From an uncultured bacterium (GTDB lineage Bacteria > CSSED10-310 > CAZUFC01), in NCBI GenBank assembly GCA_964619725.1, contig CAZUFC010000014.1:40641-104640 (forward strand): a DNA stretch of 64,000 nt. The letters run 5' to 3'. Numbering within the stretch: position 1 is the first letter of the stretch; each line of letters opens with the position of its first letter. The translations under genes were made by a program, and so were the position numbers. Below, one piece after another: positions 9,801 through 19,163 of the stretch. Under the pieces are notes generated by a model. It was not told the DNA's origin. It worked only from the letters and a program-made list of their open reading frames with translations, and did no database searches.

Positions 9801-11277
9801 CGATGCAGGGACAGGGATTCGGATCGCACGTTACGCCGGGATGCCAGTTGCCGGCGCCGTATGTCGTGAAACACCACGTTTCCGTCGTGTCCGGATAACA
9901 ATTTCCCGTATTGGGATCACAGCACGCGCCCAGTCCGCATGCAGGTTCAAGTTCGCTGCAGAGCGTATCCATGGCGAAACGCAACGGCGGTTGGCACGCT
10001 GACATGTCAACCAGATCATTACATGTTCCCGTGGAATCGTCACAGCAGGCCCCTGTCGGATCAACCCACTCAGGCGTCAAACAGAACGAACGATCACGGA
10101 GCGTTGAATCCAAAACCGTTCCGTCCCACTGCAGCGAATCGCCGTCGCCTATGGGTGAACTTCCCCACAATAACCAGCACGTTGAATCGCCCGCGCCTTC
10201 TATCGATACCCAACCGGCGCTCAACTGACAGCAGGGATGTATGCCGGCGCTGAAATAATAAAGCGGATAAACGTCGGCATACAGGTACCCCGTATCCTCA
10301 ACCAAAGGCGTAACCGTGGTTTCACACACTACAGCCCCAGGAACTCCGCCGTCATCGGCATAAAACGTTACGTCATACACCTGCGGGTCTTTGTAGCACG
10401 TCGTCCAACCAGCGTCATAAGCCAGGTTCATTCCCCACCAGTGAATATCGCATATAGGCGATTCCACTCCTGAGAAATTGTCATACACGACATATCCAGG
10501 TGAGACGTCGCTCGTGGCGAACGACCAGGCATCATCCGGCCCGTCCACTGGCTGCGAATACAGCGAATCAAGCGGACACGGCATCGGCGGGTCCCAGGCC
10601 TGACCTTCCGTTACTTCGAGCGTATACGTTCCGGAATTGGTTCCGAAACCGTCTACTACGATATAATAGGAATTTCCGCCCGTCAAAGTCACGCCGGTCA
10701 CTTCTGAAACATAGCTCGAATAATAAGGAGCGCTGCAGGCGTCGTCGCTGCAGGCGAAATAGTTGCCGGGGTCCGGACATGTGTTCTCATAAACATACAG
10801 CTTTGTATCATAATCCGTATCGCCGACGCACAGCGTTATGTCCACAATGACTTCGGCAGCGGGGGTGTACACATAGACCACATCCGGAGCCGTCGAACCT
10901 GTATATGGACATACTTCGTCGTAGTCGTTAACATATCCGGTTGTCGTCCCCGTATCCGCGTAAGGCAGACTCGTTATCGCCAATGCTTCCGCACATGTGT
11001 CGCCGCCCTGGCGAGGTCCGTTCATGTCATAACCCTTCTCCTGCAGTCTCGCTCTCTCTTCCTTCGTCACGGGCTTCGACAATCCTGCAGTCACAGGATT
11101 AACCGGACTCGCCTTTATTGAATTCGATTTAACATTTTCTACTTTGTTCTTATCGATCGTCGTTTTTACCGTATTGATTGCATTCGCCGTCAAATCAACT
11201 TTTCCGGCGAATACCGTCGGCAACGCCATTATCGATATTACCAACATTAAAGGAATTAAAACCTTCTTCACTTCCAT
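6826..11277 (-). CDS. Large secreted Cys/Asp-rich repetitive surface protein (GACC repeats, PPC-like beta-sandwich modules) with a C-terminal sorting tail
   Basis: Signal peptide; 5x GACC; duplicated modules (EGExCGxDTNGGCN; TCGRxNDYxETCLGSYDGGEDIIY); ends IPATTPLGIIMLLGGLGFVLRRSYRKNR. Confidence 0.9.
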   Translation of the reverse strand: MEVKKVLIPLMLVISIMALPTVFAGKVDLTANAINTVKTTIDKNKVENVKSNSIKASPVNPVTAGLSKPVTKEERARLQEKGYDMNGPRQGGDTCAEALAITSLPYADTGTTTGYVNDYDEVCPYTGSTAPDVVYVYTPAAEVIVDITLCVGDTDYDTKLYVYENTCPDPGNYFACSDDACSAPYYSSYVSEVTGVTLTGGNSYYIVVDGFGTNSGTYTLEVTEGQAWDPPMPCPLDSLYSQPVDGPDDAWSFATSDVSPGYVVYDNFSGVESPICDIHWWGMNLAYDAGWTTCYKDPQVYDVTFYADDGGVPGAVVCETTVTPLVEDTGYLYADVYPLYYFSAGIHPCCQLSAGWVSIEGAGDSTCWLLWGSSPIGDGDSLQWDGTVLDSTLRDRSFCLTPEWVDPTGACCDDSTGTCNDLVDMSACQPPLRFAMDTLCSELEPACGLGACCDPNTGNCYPDTTETWCFTTYGAGNWHPGVTCDPNPCPCIVNCPIGGIQEGEPCGDDTNGGCNASPPVFTSLQCGNLYCGKSYASEGTRDTDWYEVVVTEPTSFTWTAEAELPVVIGMIETDPPGSGDCADSTGYLNPYTLGEPCEEIFVEVDVMPGTYWFFVAPSVYDGYACADGPWDYKASLTCETITDGACCNPSTGECSVTDIATCDGLYGPGNWLPGEVCDPNPCPQPPPPNDDCDGAIDVGTLPASVSGDNTWATDDIAEPCGVYSGPYKNVWYTVTGTGNTITVTTCNDVSEFDSKISVFCYSCDYLICVGGNDDDCVDYDSLLSTYSFCSDLGETYYITVGGFSSSSYGVFQLDVSDDATACQDPPNCEPALGACCVDQVCTATNFEFECDALDGMWFEGETCPEFQCPDPSGNDCATPIMVNIPADLDYMDTNFTCGRLNDYEETCLGSYDGGEDIIYMLNVTADTYLQFSLDPLGTTWTGFAVDDSCPPDTECIINENNSYLSDPYSSDCMNFTAGTYYLMIDTYPSPDCIPEFDLTIAECIPCVVPCPMGGLDEGEACGEDTNGGCNSTPPVFTSIQCGDIYCGNAWAEDSTRDTDWYELVLTEPYTVTMTAEAEFDVIIGYVPTDPPGAGDCAYLLGSLDPYATGEPCEEISVEVDLGAGTHWFFIAPTVFEGYPCALGPWEYAFSLECTAPPTGACCVDSVCVETNTQPECDAMNGWWFEGETCPEYTCPFMGGDDCTDPFPVTIPAEMPFANQNTTCGRVNDYSETCLGSYDGGEDIIYQITVTEDVSACLSLITDASWIGMAIDDECPPADPCLDYNTSTGSNVGFDYSFTAGTYYVMIDTWPSPDCINDFIFSIDELPANDDCANATAINEVVDMPFNTMCATADGPGDYITSPNVWYCYTPTCSGDSVLATVSLLGSMYDTKLAVYEGCTCDPVGEIIASNDDFGGELQSQVTFVADVGQTYLIEVGGYSSSTGMGILNVSCEGVSIPATTPLGIIMLLGGLGFVLRRSYRKNR

Positions 11278-11775
11278 CCATTACCTCCTGAAATTTTTTG
11301 TAAATTTTCCGTCATCATTTCCTTCACACGCTACTTTCTTCTCAGAAAAGATCAATTATCGCCCTCCTCTTATACGACCACCTCCTTCATTCCCCAAAAT
11401 CCTTTTCCTCAACTCAACCCTACTCGAAGCATCATCGCTTCAGTCTCATCAGAATAATTTCCATGCACTTTATACTGATCAGATCAAGAAAGTCAACCTT
11501 TCTTTCATCTTTTTTTGATCGATTTTAAACATTTGAAAACAGAAGCATCCACCCTGTTCAGAAACTGACCCTATAACTCTAAATATCCATTTGTTTTTAT
11601 CCATAACACGGCGATATACCCCTATTGGTGCGTCATGCTGCTGCTTTTCCCAGTGAATCTACAAACAATAGCCCGCTTCGAAAAACCATGCCTTCCTTGC
11701 CTTAAAAAAAATTCGCCCTTTTATCGAAAAGAGGGCAAAACTCTCAGGAAACCCACTTCCCATCACAGACCCGGG

Positions 11776-13122
11776 TCATATCTTGTAGCCGAGATTCTTC
11801 AATGCATCCATCAGCTCGAATTCATCAGGCGGTCGAGGAAGGGAATCGCTGTCGAACAGATCGGTTCTTTTTCCGTAAGTGGCCACGGTCGGCTTCTCTT
11901 TTTGCCGCAGTATTTCCCCGGAGAAAAGCGAATAAAGGGGCTGTTCGCTCCAGTCTTCCGCTGTCGGCAGATCGAACAGGGTCATCAGGGTGGGCGCAAT
12001 TTGTAGAATATTGCCCTGAATTCTTCTTCCCTGACGGAACTGCGGACCCGCGGCGAGAATTATGCCCTGAAGATGATGGGTTCCGGGAGTCGGCAGAAGG
12101 ATAAACGGCATTCTCCATTTCGATGCGTCTATTTTTTTGGAAGCGTTTTCGTTGGCTTCCAGGGCTTCGAGGTATCCCGGAGTCATCTGGAAGCCGTGGT
12201 CCGAGATGATCATGAAGTGAGTCTGAGACTGCGCTGTACTGATAAAAGATTCAAGAAGGGAATCGGAGTATCTGTAGTAGCGGCTTACTTTTATTTTATC
12301 GGGCCAGTATGGATGACTGCAGGCGTCGATGCCCTGGAGATACAAACCGAAAACCTGCGGCTGGTACTTCTCCAGGACGTATTTCGCATGATTCGCATAG
12401 CTTTGGTCCCTGGCATAAAACCAGTCTTCCGGGATGAGCTGCAGGAAATTCATGATCTCTTCCGGTATATTCGATCCGGTACGGTTGAGAAATTCTATTT
12501 CCTGCATTAATTCCGCCGGATACGTCCTGTAAGGCAGACTCTCCCTTTCATCCTGACTCAATTCTCTCAACGCCAGCTTCTTCCGGAAAGGCCAGGCCAG
12601 GCTGGATACCGTTGTACCCTTGACTCGCTCAGAAGGCCACGATGCCCACCACGCCACGAAAGAGGAACTCAAATCATACGAATTGAAAATGTTCCACAAT
12701 GCCGGCACCAGACGCTTATCTCCGGTTATCAGCCGTTTGCGAATCTCGCCGTCCACTATTATCTTCTCAGCAAAATCCTCTATCCCATGCCTCTCCGGAG
12801 AAACTCCCGTAACAGCAGAAGTCCATATCCGAGGGGACAGCATAGGCTTTATGCTCTCCAGAGTCCCCCACGCTCCCGCTTCAGACAATCCTGTCAGATT
12901 CGGGGTCTTGCCCATTCTCATCAAAGGATGAAGAATGTCCCAGGATGCCCCGTCAAGACCTATGAAACGTAAGCTGACCGTCGTTGCCTCCGCAGCTTCC
13001 TCCTCGCGCAACGACTCGCCCCAATCACACGACGTCCATAAAACGACAAGATACATTGGAACCGAAATGTATAATATTAGGCTCCGCTTTACTGAAAAAA
13101 GCTTATGCCTGATGCTTTTCAT
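11776..13122 (-). CDS. Alkaline phosphatase superfamily / phosphodiesterase-nucleotide pyrophosphatase protein
   Basis: IGLDGASW, LSPRIWTSAVTG, DACSH, ISDHGF, H before GI, C-terminal LKNLGY. Confidence 0.85.
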   Translation of the reverse strand: MKSIRHKLFSVKRSLILYISVPMYLVVLWTSCDWGESLREEEAAEATTVSLRFIGLDGASWDILHPLMRMGKTPNLTGLSEAGAWGTLESIKPMLSPRIWTSAVTGVSPERHGIEDFAEKIIVDGEIRKRLITGDKRLVPALWNIFNSYDLSSSFVAWWASWPSERVKGTTVSSLAWPFRKKLALRELSQDERESLPYRTYPAELMQEIEFLNRTGSNIPEEIMNFLQLIPEDWFYARDQSYANHAKYVLEKYQPQVFGLYLQGIDACSHPYWPDKIKVSRYYRYSDSLLESFISTAQSQTHFMIISDHGFQMTPGYLEALEANENASKKIDASKWRMPFILLPTPGTHHLQGIILAAGPQFRQGRRIQGNILQIAPTLMTLFDLPTAEDWSEQPLYSLFSGEILRQKEKPTVATYGKRTDLFDSDSLPRPPDEFELMDALKNLGYKI

Positions 13123-14017
13123 TTATGAAAACTACTTCAAGCTCCTCCAGAACATCAAAATAAAATCTTAACTTCCCCAGACGCAGCGTTTCGGAAAAAA
13201 ATTTGATTACCGCATTCAGTCTGTCTGCCGAAAAATAATGTTCCAGCCTGTTAAGGAAAATGTTCAGCGTCAAATATGTCCCGGACGTTCCCATTTTAAG
13301 AACCCGAAATCCTTTCTGCTCCAGCATCTTCCTCATCGTGGCGCGTGTAAAATAAAACAGGTGTTCCGTCGGCTTCAACTGAATCCAGTTTATTCCGAAT
13401 ATCCTGGGTGAAATCGCTTTGGCATCCGGTACCCGGACATAACCGATCCCATCTTTCTTCAATACACGTCTGACCTTCTCAAGCGCGGCCGAAGGATCAA
13501 GCATATGCTCAATCGAATCACCCATGTGCACTACGTCAAATGAATCATCCTCATACGGCGCTTCCAGAAAGTCCCCTATCTGTATCTCAAATCCCAGATT
13601 CTCCTTCACCCAGTCATGCAGAAACGGAGAAACATCAATCCCCGACGGATTCCAACCCCTGCTCTTCGCCACCTCAAGAAAATCCCCTATGGAACAACCC
13701 ACATCCAGTATATCTCCCTTCTGAGGATAATATTTCTCCAGCAATTTGAGCCGATGCGCAAAAGTCTTCTTGTTGGCGTGAGAAGTCAGAAAATAATAAT
13801 CGAAATATTCTGAATCGTAAATATTGTTGGGATTGGGATCGTTGATGCGAGGATTGACGTATATCAACCCGCACTCCTTGCACTCAACAATATTCATGCC
13901 GTCCTTGTGGTAATAAATTTTCGTATTATCCGCTTCGCACAAATTACAGCGAATATATTCCATGTTCTGCCTTGCGGCTGTCGTCTTCTCTTCGTTCTTT
14001 ATTTCTGTCTGTTTCAA
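13103..14017 (-). CDS. Class I SAM-dependent methyltransferase with an N-terminal Zn-ribbon (surface-polysaccharide-associated type)
   Basis: CNLC...CKECG, ILDVGCSIG, FDVV, IEHMLDP, PTEHLFYF. Confidence 0.85.
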   Translation of the reverse strand: MKQTEIKNEEKTTAARQNMEYIRCNLCEADNTKIYYHKDGMNIVECKECGLIYVNPRINDPNPNNIYDSEYFDYYFLTSHANKKTFAHRLKLLEKYYPQKGDILDVGCSIGDFLEVAKSRGWNPSGIDVSPFLHDWVKENLGFEIQIGDFLEAPYEDDSFDVVHMGDSIEHMLDPSAALEKVRRVLKKDGIGYVRVPDAKAISPRIFGINWIQLKPTEHLFYFTRATMRKMLEQKGFRVLKMGTSGTYLTLNIFLNRLEHYFSADRLNAVIKFFSETLRLGKLRFYFDVLEELEVVFINEKHQA

Positions 14018-14350
14018 TCCGGGACCTCATTTTCTTGCAAATTAAACTACTGAAATTCCAGCGCTCCGGCTCTCACCGTCTACAACTTTTTAAATCACTT
14101 CACGATGAAAATCAAGAATTACTCGGAAAAAAAAGAATTTTTTCAAAAATTTTACCGATGGCTTGCAAGAAGGGAAGAATGGGTGGATGGATGGGCGGAA
14201 GAAAAGAGCGGCTGATGGAAGAGATGAATTGAGAGAGTTATGGAGCGAATTTCTCATAAATTACGGTCATGAGAAACTCCAGATTCCAGCAGAATCAGGC
14301 GATCCTGGTTTCGAAGGCAGTATATTTTCAGTTTTAATCTTGAAAATGTG

Positions 14351-14379
14351 TTGACTTCATATTGAATTATGAATAAATT
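14351..14379 (+). promoter_or_regulatory. Sigma70-like promoter of the rpmH operon
   Basis: TTGACT-17 nt-TAAATT about 60 nt upstream of rpmH. Confidence 0.6.
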
Positions 14380-14437
14380 CTACTCCGGTTGGAATCCGGG
14401 TTGAAGCGAAAACCGGCATTGAGGAGGTGAAACCGGA

Positions 14438-14572
14438 ATGAAAAGAACATATCAGCCCAGTCGAATAAAACGGAAGAGGACGCACGGTTTCCGGGCGAGG
14501 ATGAAAACTCGCGGAGGAAGGAAAATACTGAACCGGCGCCGTCGGCGGGGCCGGAAAAGATTGACGGTTTAA
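14438..14572 (+). CDS. rpmH: 50S ribosomal protein L34
   Basis: Not in the ORF track. [54 protein letters not shown]. Confidence 0.99.
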   Translation: MKRTYQPSRIKRKRTHGFRARMKTRGGRKILNRRRRRGRKRLTV

Positions 14573-14607
14573 GACGCACCGGGGAGTGATACCGAACGCG
14601 AAGCGAA

Positions 14608-14937
14608 CTGGAGACAATAAAAAAGCGAAGCGATTTCGTCAGAACTTATAAGCAGGGAGGAAAGTTAAATTCTTCCCTGTGGGTGCTTTTTTATTTGGAG
14701 AACGTTGAGGGCAAGCGGAGATTCGGGTTTACGGTATCGAAAAAGATTGGCAAGGCTTGCGTCAGGAACAAGGTGCGCCGGCGATTAAAAGAGGCAGTAA
14801 GATTGATGTTAAAAGAGCATGAAGAGATCGCCGGTTATGATGTGGTGATTGTGGCTAAGCGCGGATTGAGAGACGTTGCCTTTTCCCGGATATGTACAAA
14901 ATTGCAGCGGGATTTTTCAAAAATCGGATTGCTATAA
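14608..14937 (+). CDS. rnpA: Ribonuclease P protein component (start uncertain, probably CTG)
   Basis: RFGFTVSKKIGKACVRNKVRRRLKE motif. The frame extends upstream of GTG 14683 through LETIKKRSDF to a TGA at 14587. Confidence 0.93.
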   Translation: METIKKRSDFVRTYKQGGKLNSSLWVLFYLENVEGKRRFGFTVSKKIGKACVRNKVRRRLKEAVRLMLKEHEEIAGYDVVIVAKRGLRDVAFSRICTKLQRDFSKIGLL

Positions 14938-14946
14938 AGAGATATT

Positions 14947-15195
14947 TTGAGAAAACTGATCATCGGGACAATAAAGATATATAAAAAAGTATTATCGCCT
15001 TTAATGCCGAGGGCTTGCCGATTCAGTCCTACGTGCTCGGAATTTTTTATAGAGGCTTTGGAGGAGCATGGAACGATTCGGGGAAGTTTTTTGGGAATAA
15101 AACGGATATTGCGTTGCCATCCTTTGCATCCCGGCGGATACGATCCAGTACCGAAAAAGAGAATTGTTACGGAAAAATCGAGTATAACAGAATAA
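14947..15195 (+). CDS. yidD: Membrane protein insertion efficiency factor YidD
   Basis: CRFSPTCSE, RILRCHP, GGYDPVP; canonical position. Confidence 0.97.
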   Translation: MRKLIIGTIKIYKKVLSPLMPRACRFSPTCSEFFIEALEEHGTIRGSFLGIKRILRCHPLHPGGYDPVPKKRIVTEKSSITE

Positions 15196-15211
15196 GGAGA
15201 GACGATTCCTC

Positions 15212-16984
15212 ATGGAAAAACGTGCGATGTTGACATTTGTTCTTATCATGCTTTTATGGGTGGGATACTATTATTTTTTTCTAATGCCCCAGCAACAGGA
15301 GCTTCAGCGCCGTCAGCAGACGACGGCGGAGGAGCAGACGGGATTGAGGTCTCCGACGGCGATTCCATTTGCAGAAACCGACGTGGAAGGGATGGTGGAG
15401 TATATTCCTCCTGAAGAGGAAGCATCAACCGGCGAAAAGGAAGCTGCTGCTGAAGGCGCAGAGGAATCGTTCACGGAAGCGGCGCTGTCGGGATATGCTG
15501 CCGAGGAACGCATAATAAGAGTGGAAACGAAATATTACAAAGCCGAGATAAGCAATCTCGGCGGAACGATCAGGAGTTGGTGCCTGAAGGAGTACGGCAA
15601 CGGATATACAGGAGAAGAATGTTTTGAGATGTTGCCTGAGGATGAGAGTTTAACGGGAGGTTATCCTCTTCTTGTGACTTTCGACAGTGGGGAATTACAG
15701 GAATCCTTCGAGGAGAGGCTTTATCGATTTGATTCAGAAAGGGATATCATTCTGGACGAGAGGAATCCTGAAGAGCAGATTGAGTTGACTGTCCGTGATT
15801 CCAGGGGCAGGCGGTTCATCAAGACCCTGGTTTTTCATTATGATTCCTATCTGGTTGACATTTCGACGACGCTTGAAAACGGAGACGACGAACCTGTCGG
15901 AGGGCGCTATACGTTAAATATAGGCGGCCCGTTGCGGGCTGAAGGCGAAGAGGAGGCGGCCACAAGGCGGCGCTCATTCAGCGGACCTATGGCGTATCAG
16001 AATGAAGAGCTTCAGAAAATCAAAGTGAGCAAGCTGGACCTGCCGACTCCTTATACAGGCGATATTCCCTGGGCTGCAGTATCGGATGCTTATTTCTGTT
16101 CGGCGCTCATACCTGAAAATCCTTCCAGGAAAATGATCAAGGTTTATCCGGGCGTCGACAAAGAGAATTACAGGATAGGATACGTGCTCGGTGCGCCGGA
16201 GTTGCCGGGACGGAGGAAGACGACCGGCAAATTATCCCTGTATATGGGCCCGAAGGACCTGGACAGATTGAAGGAGATCGGACATCAATTACACAGGATA
16301 GTGGATTTCGGTTTTTTCGGCTTTCTTGCCCGCCCTTTGCTTGATATACTGAAGTTTACCTACAGATTCACCGGCAATTACGGAGTAAGCATCATTATCC
16401 TTACGATACTGATCAAAGTTTTATTTTTTCCTTTGTCCCGCAAGCAGATGCAATCGATGAGCAAAATGCAGCAATTGCAGCCTGAGATCAACCGTTTGAG
16501 GGAAAAATACAAATCCGATCCCAAGCGATTGAACGAGGAAACCATGCGAATGTATAAGGAGCATAACGTCAATCCTTTAGGAGGATGTTTGCCGGTATTA
16601 GTTCAGATTCCGGTATTCTTCGCGCTTTACCAGGTCCTGTTGAATTCCATCGAGCTGAGGCATGCACCCTTTTTTTTCTGGATTCATGATTTATCGGCGA
16701 GAGACCCTTATTACATAACCCCTATTATGATGGGAGCCTCCATGTTCATACAGCAGCACATGACCCCGACAACAGGGGCATCAAGCCAGACTCAATTCCT
16801 CAAATTCATGCCTCTGATTTTTACTTTCCTTTTCCTGAACTTTCCTACAGGTCTGGTCATTTATTGGTTGTCGAACAATCTGCTGACGATCGGACAACAA
16901 GTCATAACCATGAAAATTCAAAAAAAGACTCCCGACAAAGCAGCAAAAAGGGGTAACTCGAAATTAATCCGGCGCCGTGAATAA
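15212..16984 (+). CDS. yidC: Membrane protein insertase YidC (long form with a large periplasmic domain)
   Basis: GNYGVSIIILT, NPLGGCLP, ELRHAPFFFWIHDLS, GLVIYW. Confidence 0.97.
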   Translation: MEKRAMLTFVLIMLLWVGYYYFFLMPQQQELQRRQQTTAEEQTGLRSPTAIPFAETDVEGMVEYIPPEEEASTGEKEAAAEGAEESFTEAALSGYAAEERIIRVETKYYKAEISNLGGTIRSWCLKEYGNGYTGEECFEMLPEDESLTGGYPLLVTFDSGELQESFEERLYRFDSERDIILDERNPEEQIELTVRDSRGRRFIKTLVFHYDSYLVDISTTLENGDDEPVGGRYTLNIGGPLRAEGEEEAATRRRSFSGPMAYQNEELQKIKVSKLDLPTPYTGDIPWAAVSDAYFCSALIPENPSRKMIKVYPGVDKENYRIGYVLGAPELPGRRKTTGKLSLYMGPKDLDRLKEIGHQLHRIVDFGFFGFLARPLLDILKFTYRFTGNYGVSIIILTILIKVLFFPLSRKQMQSMSKMQQLQPEINRLREKYKSDPKRLNEETMRMYKEHNVNPLGGCLPVLVQIPVFFALYQVLLNSIELRHAPFFFWIHDLSARDPYYITPIMMGASMFIQQHMTPTTGASSQTQFLKFMPLIFTFLFLNFPTGLVIYWLSNNLLTIGQQVITMKIQKKTPDKAAKRGNSKLIRRRE

Positions 16985-17021
16985 ATTTGCCGGCGTCCCC
17001 TGCTGGAATGAGGTGATGGGC

Positions 17022-17663
17022 ATGATTGAAATTGAAGAAACGGGCGAAACGCCAGAATCGGCTTTACAAAAAATCCTGGAAAATGTGAACTTGGATGAAA
17101 GAGATGTAAAATATGAAGTCCTGGAAGAAGGCAGAAAAGGACTGCTGGGATTCGGGAAAAAGGAGGCGCGCGTCAAGGTCAGTTATGAACCGGCTGACCT
17201 GGCCCAGAAGGAGGCAAAAAACATATTGCTGACCATTCTCAATAAAATGAACATCCAGGCCGATGCCGAAGCCTTCGAAAAAGAAGGCAGAATTCATCTC
17301 GACATAAAAAGCGAACAGAACAACCGCATCATAGGCAGAAAAGGAAGGACCATCGATGCATTGCAGCACATCGTCAATCGAATGGTCAACCGGCGCATCG
17401 ACGAGAAAATGATCCTCATCATCGATGCTCAGAACTACAGGGAAAGAAAACGGGATAAATTAACGTCCATGGCATTGCGCATGGCCGAAGAAGCCAAAAA
17501 AAAGAATAAAACGCTGACCTGCCCCCCTTATGCTCCCTTTGACAGGCGCATTATCCACCTCGCCCTGCAGAAAGACCCCCTTGTTAAAACGGTCAGCAAA
17601 GGGGACGGTTACCTGCGAAGAGTATTAATCAGTCCTGCAAAACAGAAAAGAAATCGCCGCTGA
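17022..17663 (+). CDS. jag: RNA-binding protein Jag/KhpB/EloR (Jag-N, KH, R3H)
   Basis: GLLGFGKKEA, IIGRKGRTIDALQ, DRRIIH. Start placed at ATG 17022 after the SD GAGGTG. Confidence 0.93.
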   Translation: MIEIEETGETPESALQKILENVNLDERDVKYEVLEEGRKGLLGFGKKEARVKVSYEPADLAQKEAKNILLTILNKMNIQADAEAFEKEGRIHLDIKSEQNNRIIGRKGRTIDALQHIVNRMVNRRIDEKMILIIDAQNYRERKRDKLTSMALRMAEEAKKKNKTLTCPPYAPFDRRIIHLALQKDPLVKTVSKGDGYLRRVLISPAKQKRNRR

Positions 17664-17867
17664 TTTGATCGCCGGAGAAAATATGGTCCTTTTCGGAACG
17701 AAGCGGTCTGCCCTGTTTCTAGCCCTACTCCTTTGCAGAAGACCGGCGCCGGAAAAGAAGCCCCATCTTGCATCCTGAACTGATTTCAAAGCGCCCAGCA
17801 ATACAAACTTGAAAAAAAATCCGTAATATAGTTCAATTATAAGCGGCGTTGACCGGGGGCGATTAAA

Positions 17868-19163
17868 ATGGAAAAAATCAATTATAATTCGGCTTTGGCA
17901 ATCCTCATGGGTATTTCCTCCAGAACTGCAGAGTTCCTGGGGATATGGGAGCTTTCGGGCATATCGGCTGTGAAATCGGCCCATTACTATTGGGATGCTC
18001 ATCAATTTGAAAAAGCGGAAAGGCAATTCAAAAAGGCAGTAGAAATATTTAAAAGCAAAAAACGGAATAAACCTCACCTGCAGGAAAAACCTCTGGATGC
18101 CCTGGATGAACTTTACAATATTACGAACAAGCATATGAAACGTTTTCATATTCTGCAGCAGAAGTTGTCCTACCATCAAAAAACAAATTCCCAACTCGGA
18201 CAGATAAGGGATTACATCGGGATAGCTCAATGTTTTCACAAACAACATGAATACGACAAGGCATCTAAATATTACGATAAGGCGCTCGAAACAGCGGAGG
18301 AATACTTCGTTTCAGAGGCGCTGATTGATTTGTACATTGAATCGGCGCCAGCGTTTGCCTCAGCCGGACGTATCGCCAAAAGCGAAAAACTGCTGAAGAA
18401 AGCCAGAAAACTGTCCATAAAAATCGACGATCCTGTCCGCATCGCTCTGACAGCTCATCAGCAGGGACTGATAAAAATGCGCAACAACCAGGTTCAACCT
18501 GCCGTGACCTCTTTAAAGGAAGCGATAAAAATATTAAAAAACAAACGGGAATACATCTATCTGGGGATGTTCAACGAAGACCTGGCCGGCATTTTTTCAG
18601 GGCTGAACGACAAAGGTAATGAAATGCGATATCTGTCGCAGGCCCTGCTGTATTACAGCAAGAGCGTCAGTTTATCCAAAGCGGTCCAGATCGGTTCCCG
18701 CCTGGCCGAATTATATTGCAGCGCCGGCGACGTTTATGAAGGCTTGCTCGTTCTTAATAAACTCACCGAAAAATGCAAACTCACGAAACAATATGAACTT
18801 TGCAAGGATTTGAAACAAACAGCGGACATGCTGGCGGAAAAATACAAATGTTTCTCCGGAACCGATTCTCATCTTTCAGGACTGGCCAGGGAAGCATTTG
18901 ATTCTCTTGATTTTGAAGAAAAGAAAACGCCGGCGGTAAGAGCGGAAAAATACGTTCAAAAAACAGCCGCCGGTCAGTTCGTAGGCGCTTCAAAAGCTTC
19001 GTCTCACGAAAACCGGAAAAAAAGCGATGCTCAGAAAACCGAAAAAGAACGCAACAAAAATGAAAAAGGACCGGAAGTCATTCATATAAAAGAAGAAGAT
19101 GCGCAAAAAATCCTGAACGAATACGAAAATAAAATAAAGGGCGGGCGCCAGAAGCGAAAATGA
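17868..19163 (+). CDS. TPR-repeat protein
   Basis: Helical TPR-like repeats (YDKASKYYDKAL etc.); charged C-terminus. Confidence 0.7.
   Translation: MEKINYNSALAILMGISSRTAEFLGIWELSGISAVKSAHYYWDAHQFEKAERQFKKAVEIFKSKKRNKPHLQEKPLDALDELYNITNKHMKRFHILQQKLSYHQKTNSQLGQIRDYIGIAQCFHKQHEYDKASKYYDKALETAEEYFVSEALIDLYIESAPAFASAGRIAKSEKLLKKARKLSIKIDDPVRIALTAHQQGLIKMRNNQVQPAVTSLKEAIKILKNKREYIYLGMFNEDLAGIFSGLNDKGNEMRYLSQALLYYSKSVSLSKAVQIGSRLAELYCSAGDVYEGLLVLNKLTEKCKLTKQYELCKDLKQTADMLAEKYKCFSGTDSHLSGLAREAFDSLDFEEKKTPAVRAEKYVQKTAAGQFVGASKASSHENRKKSDAQKTEKERNKNEKGPEVIHIKEEDAQKILNEYENKIKGGRQKRK

Noticed and set aside
14587-14589. Selenocysteine read-through of the TGA upstream of rnpA
   Set aside because: No upstream start in that frame after the TGA at 14428, and RnpA is not a selenoprotein
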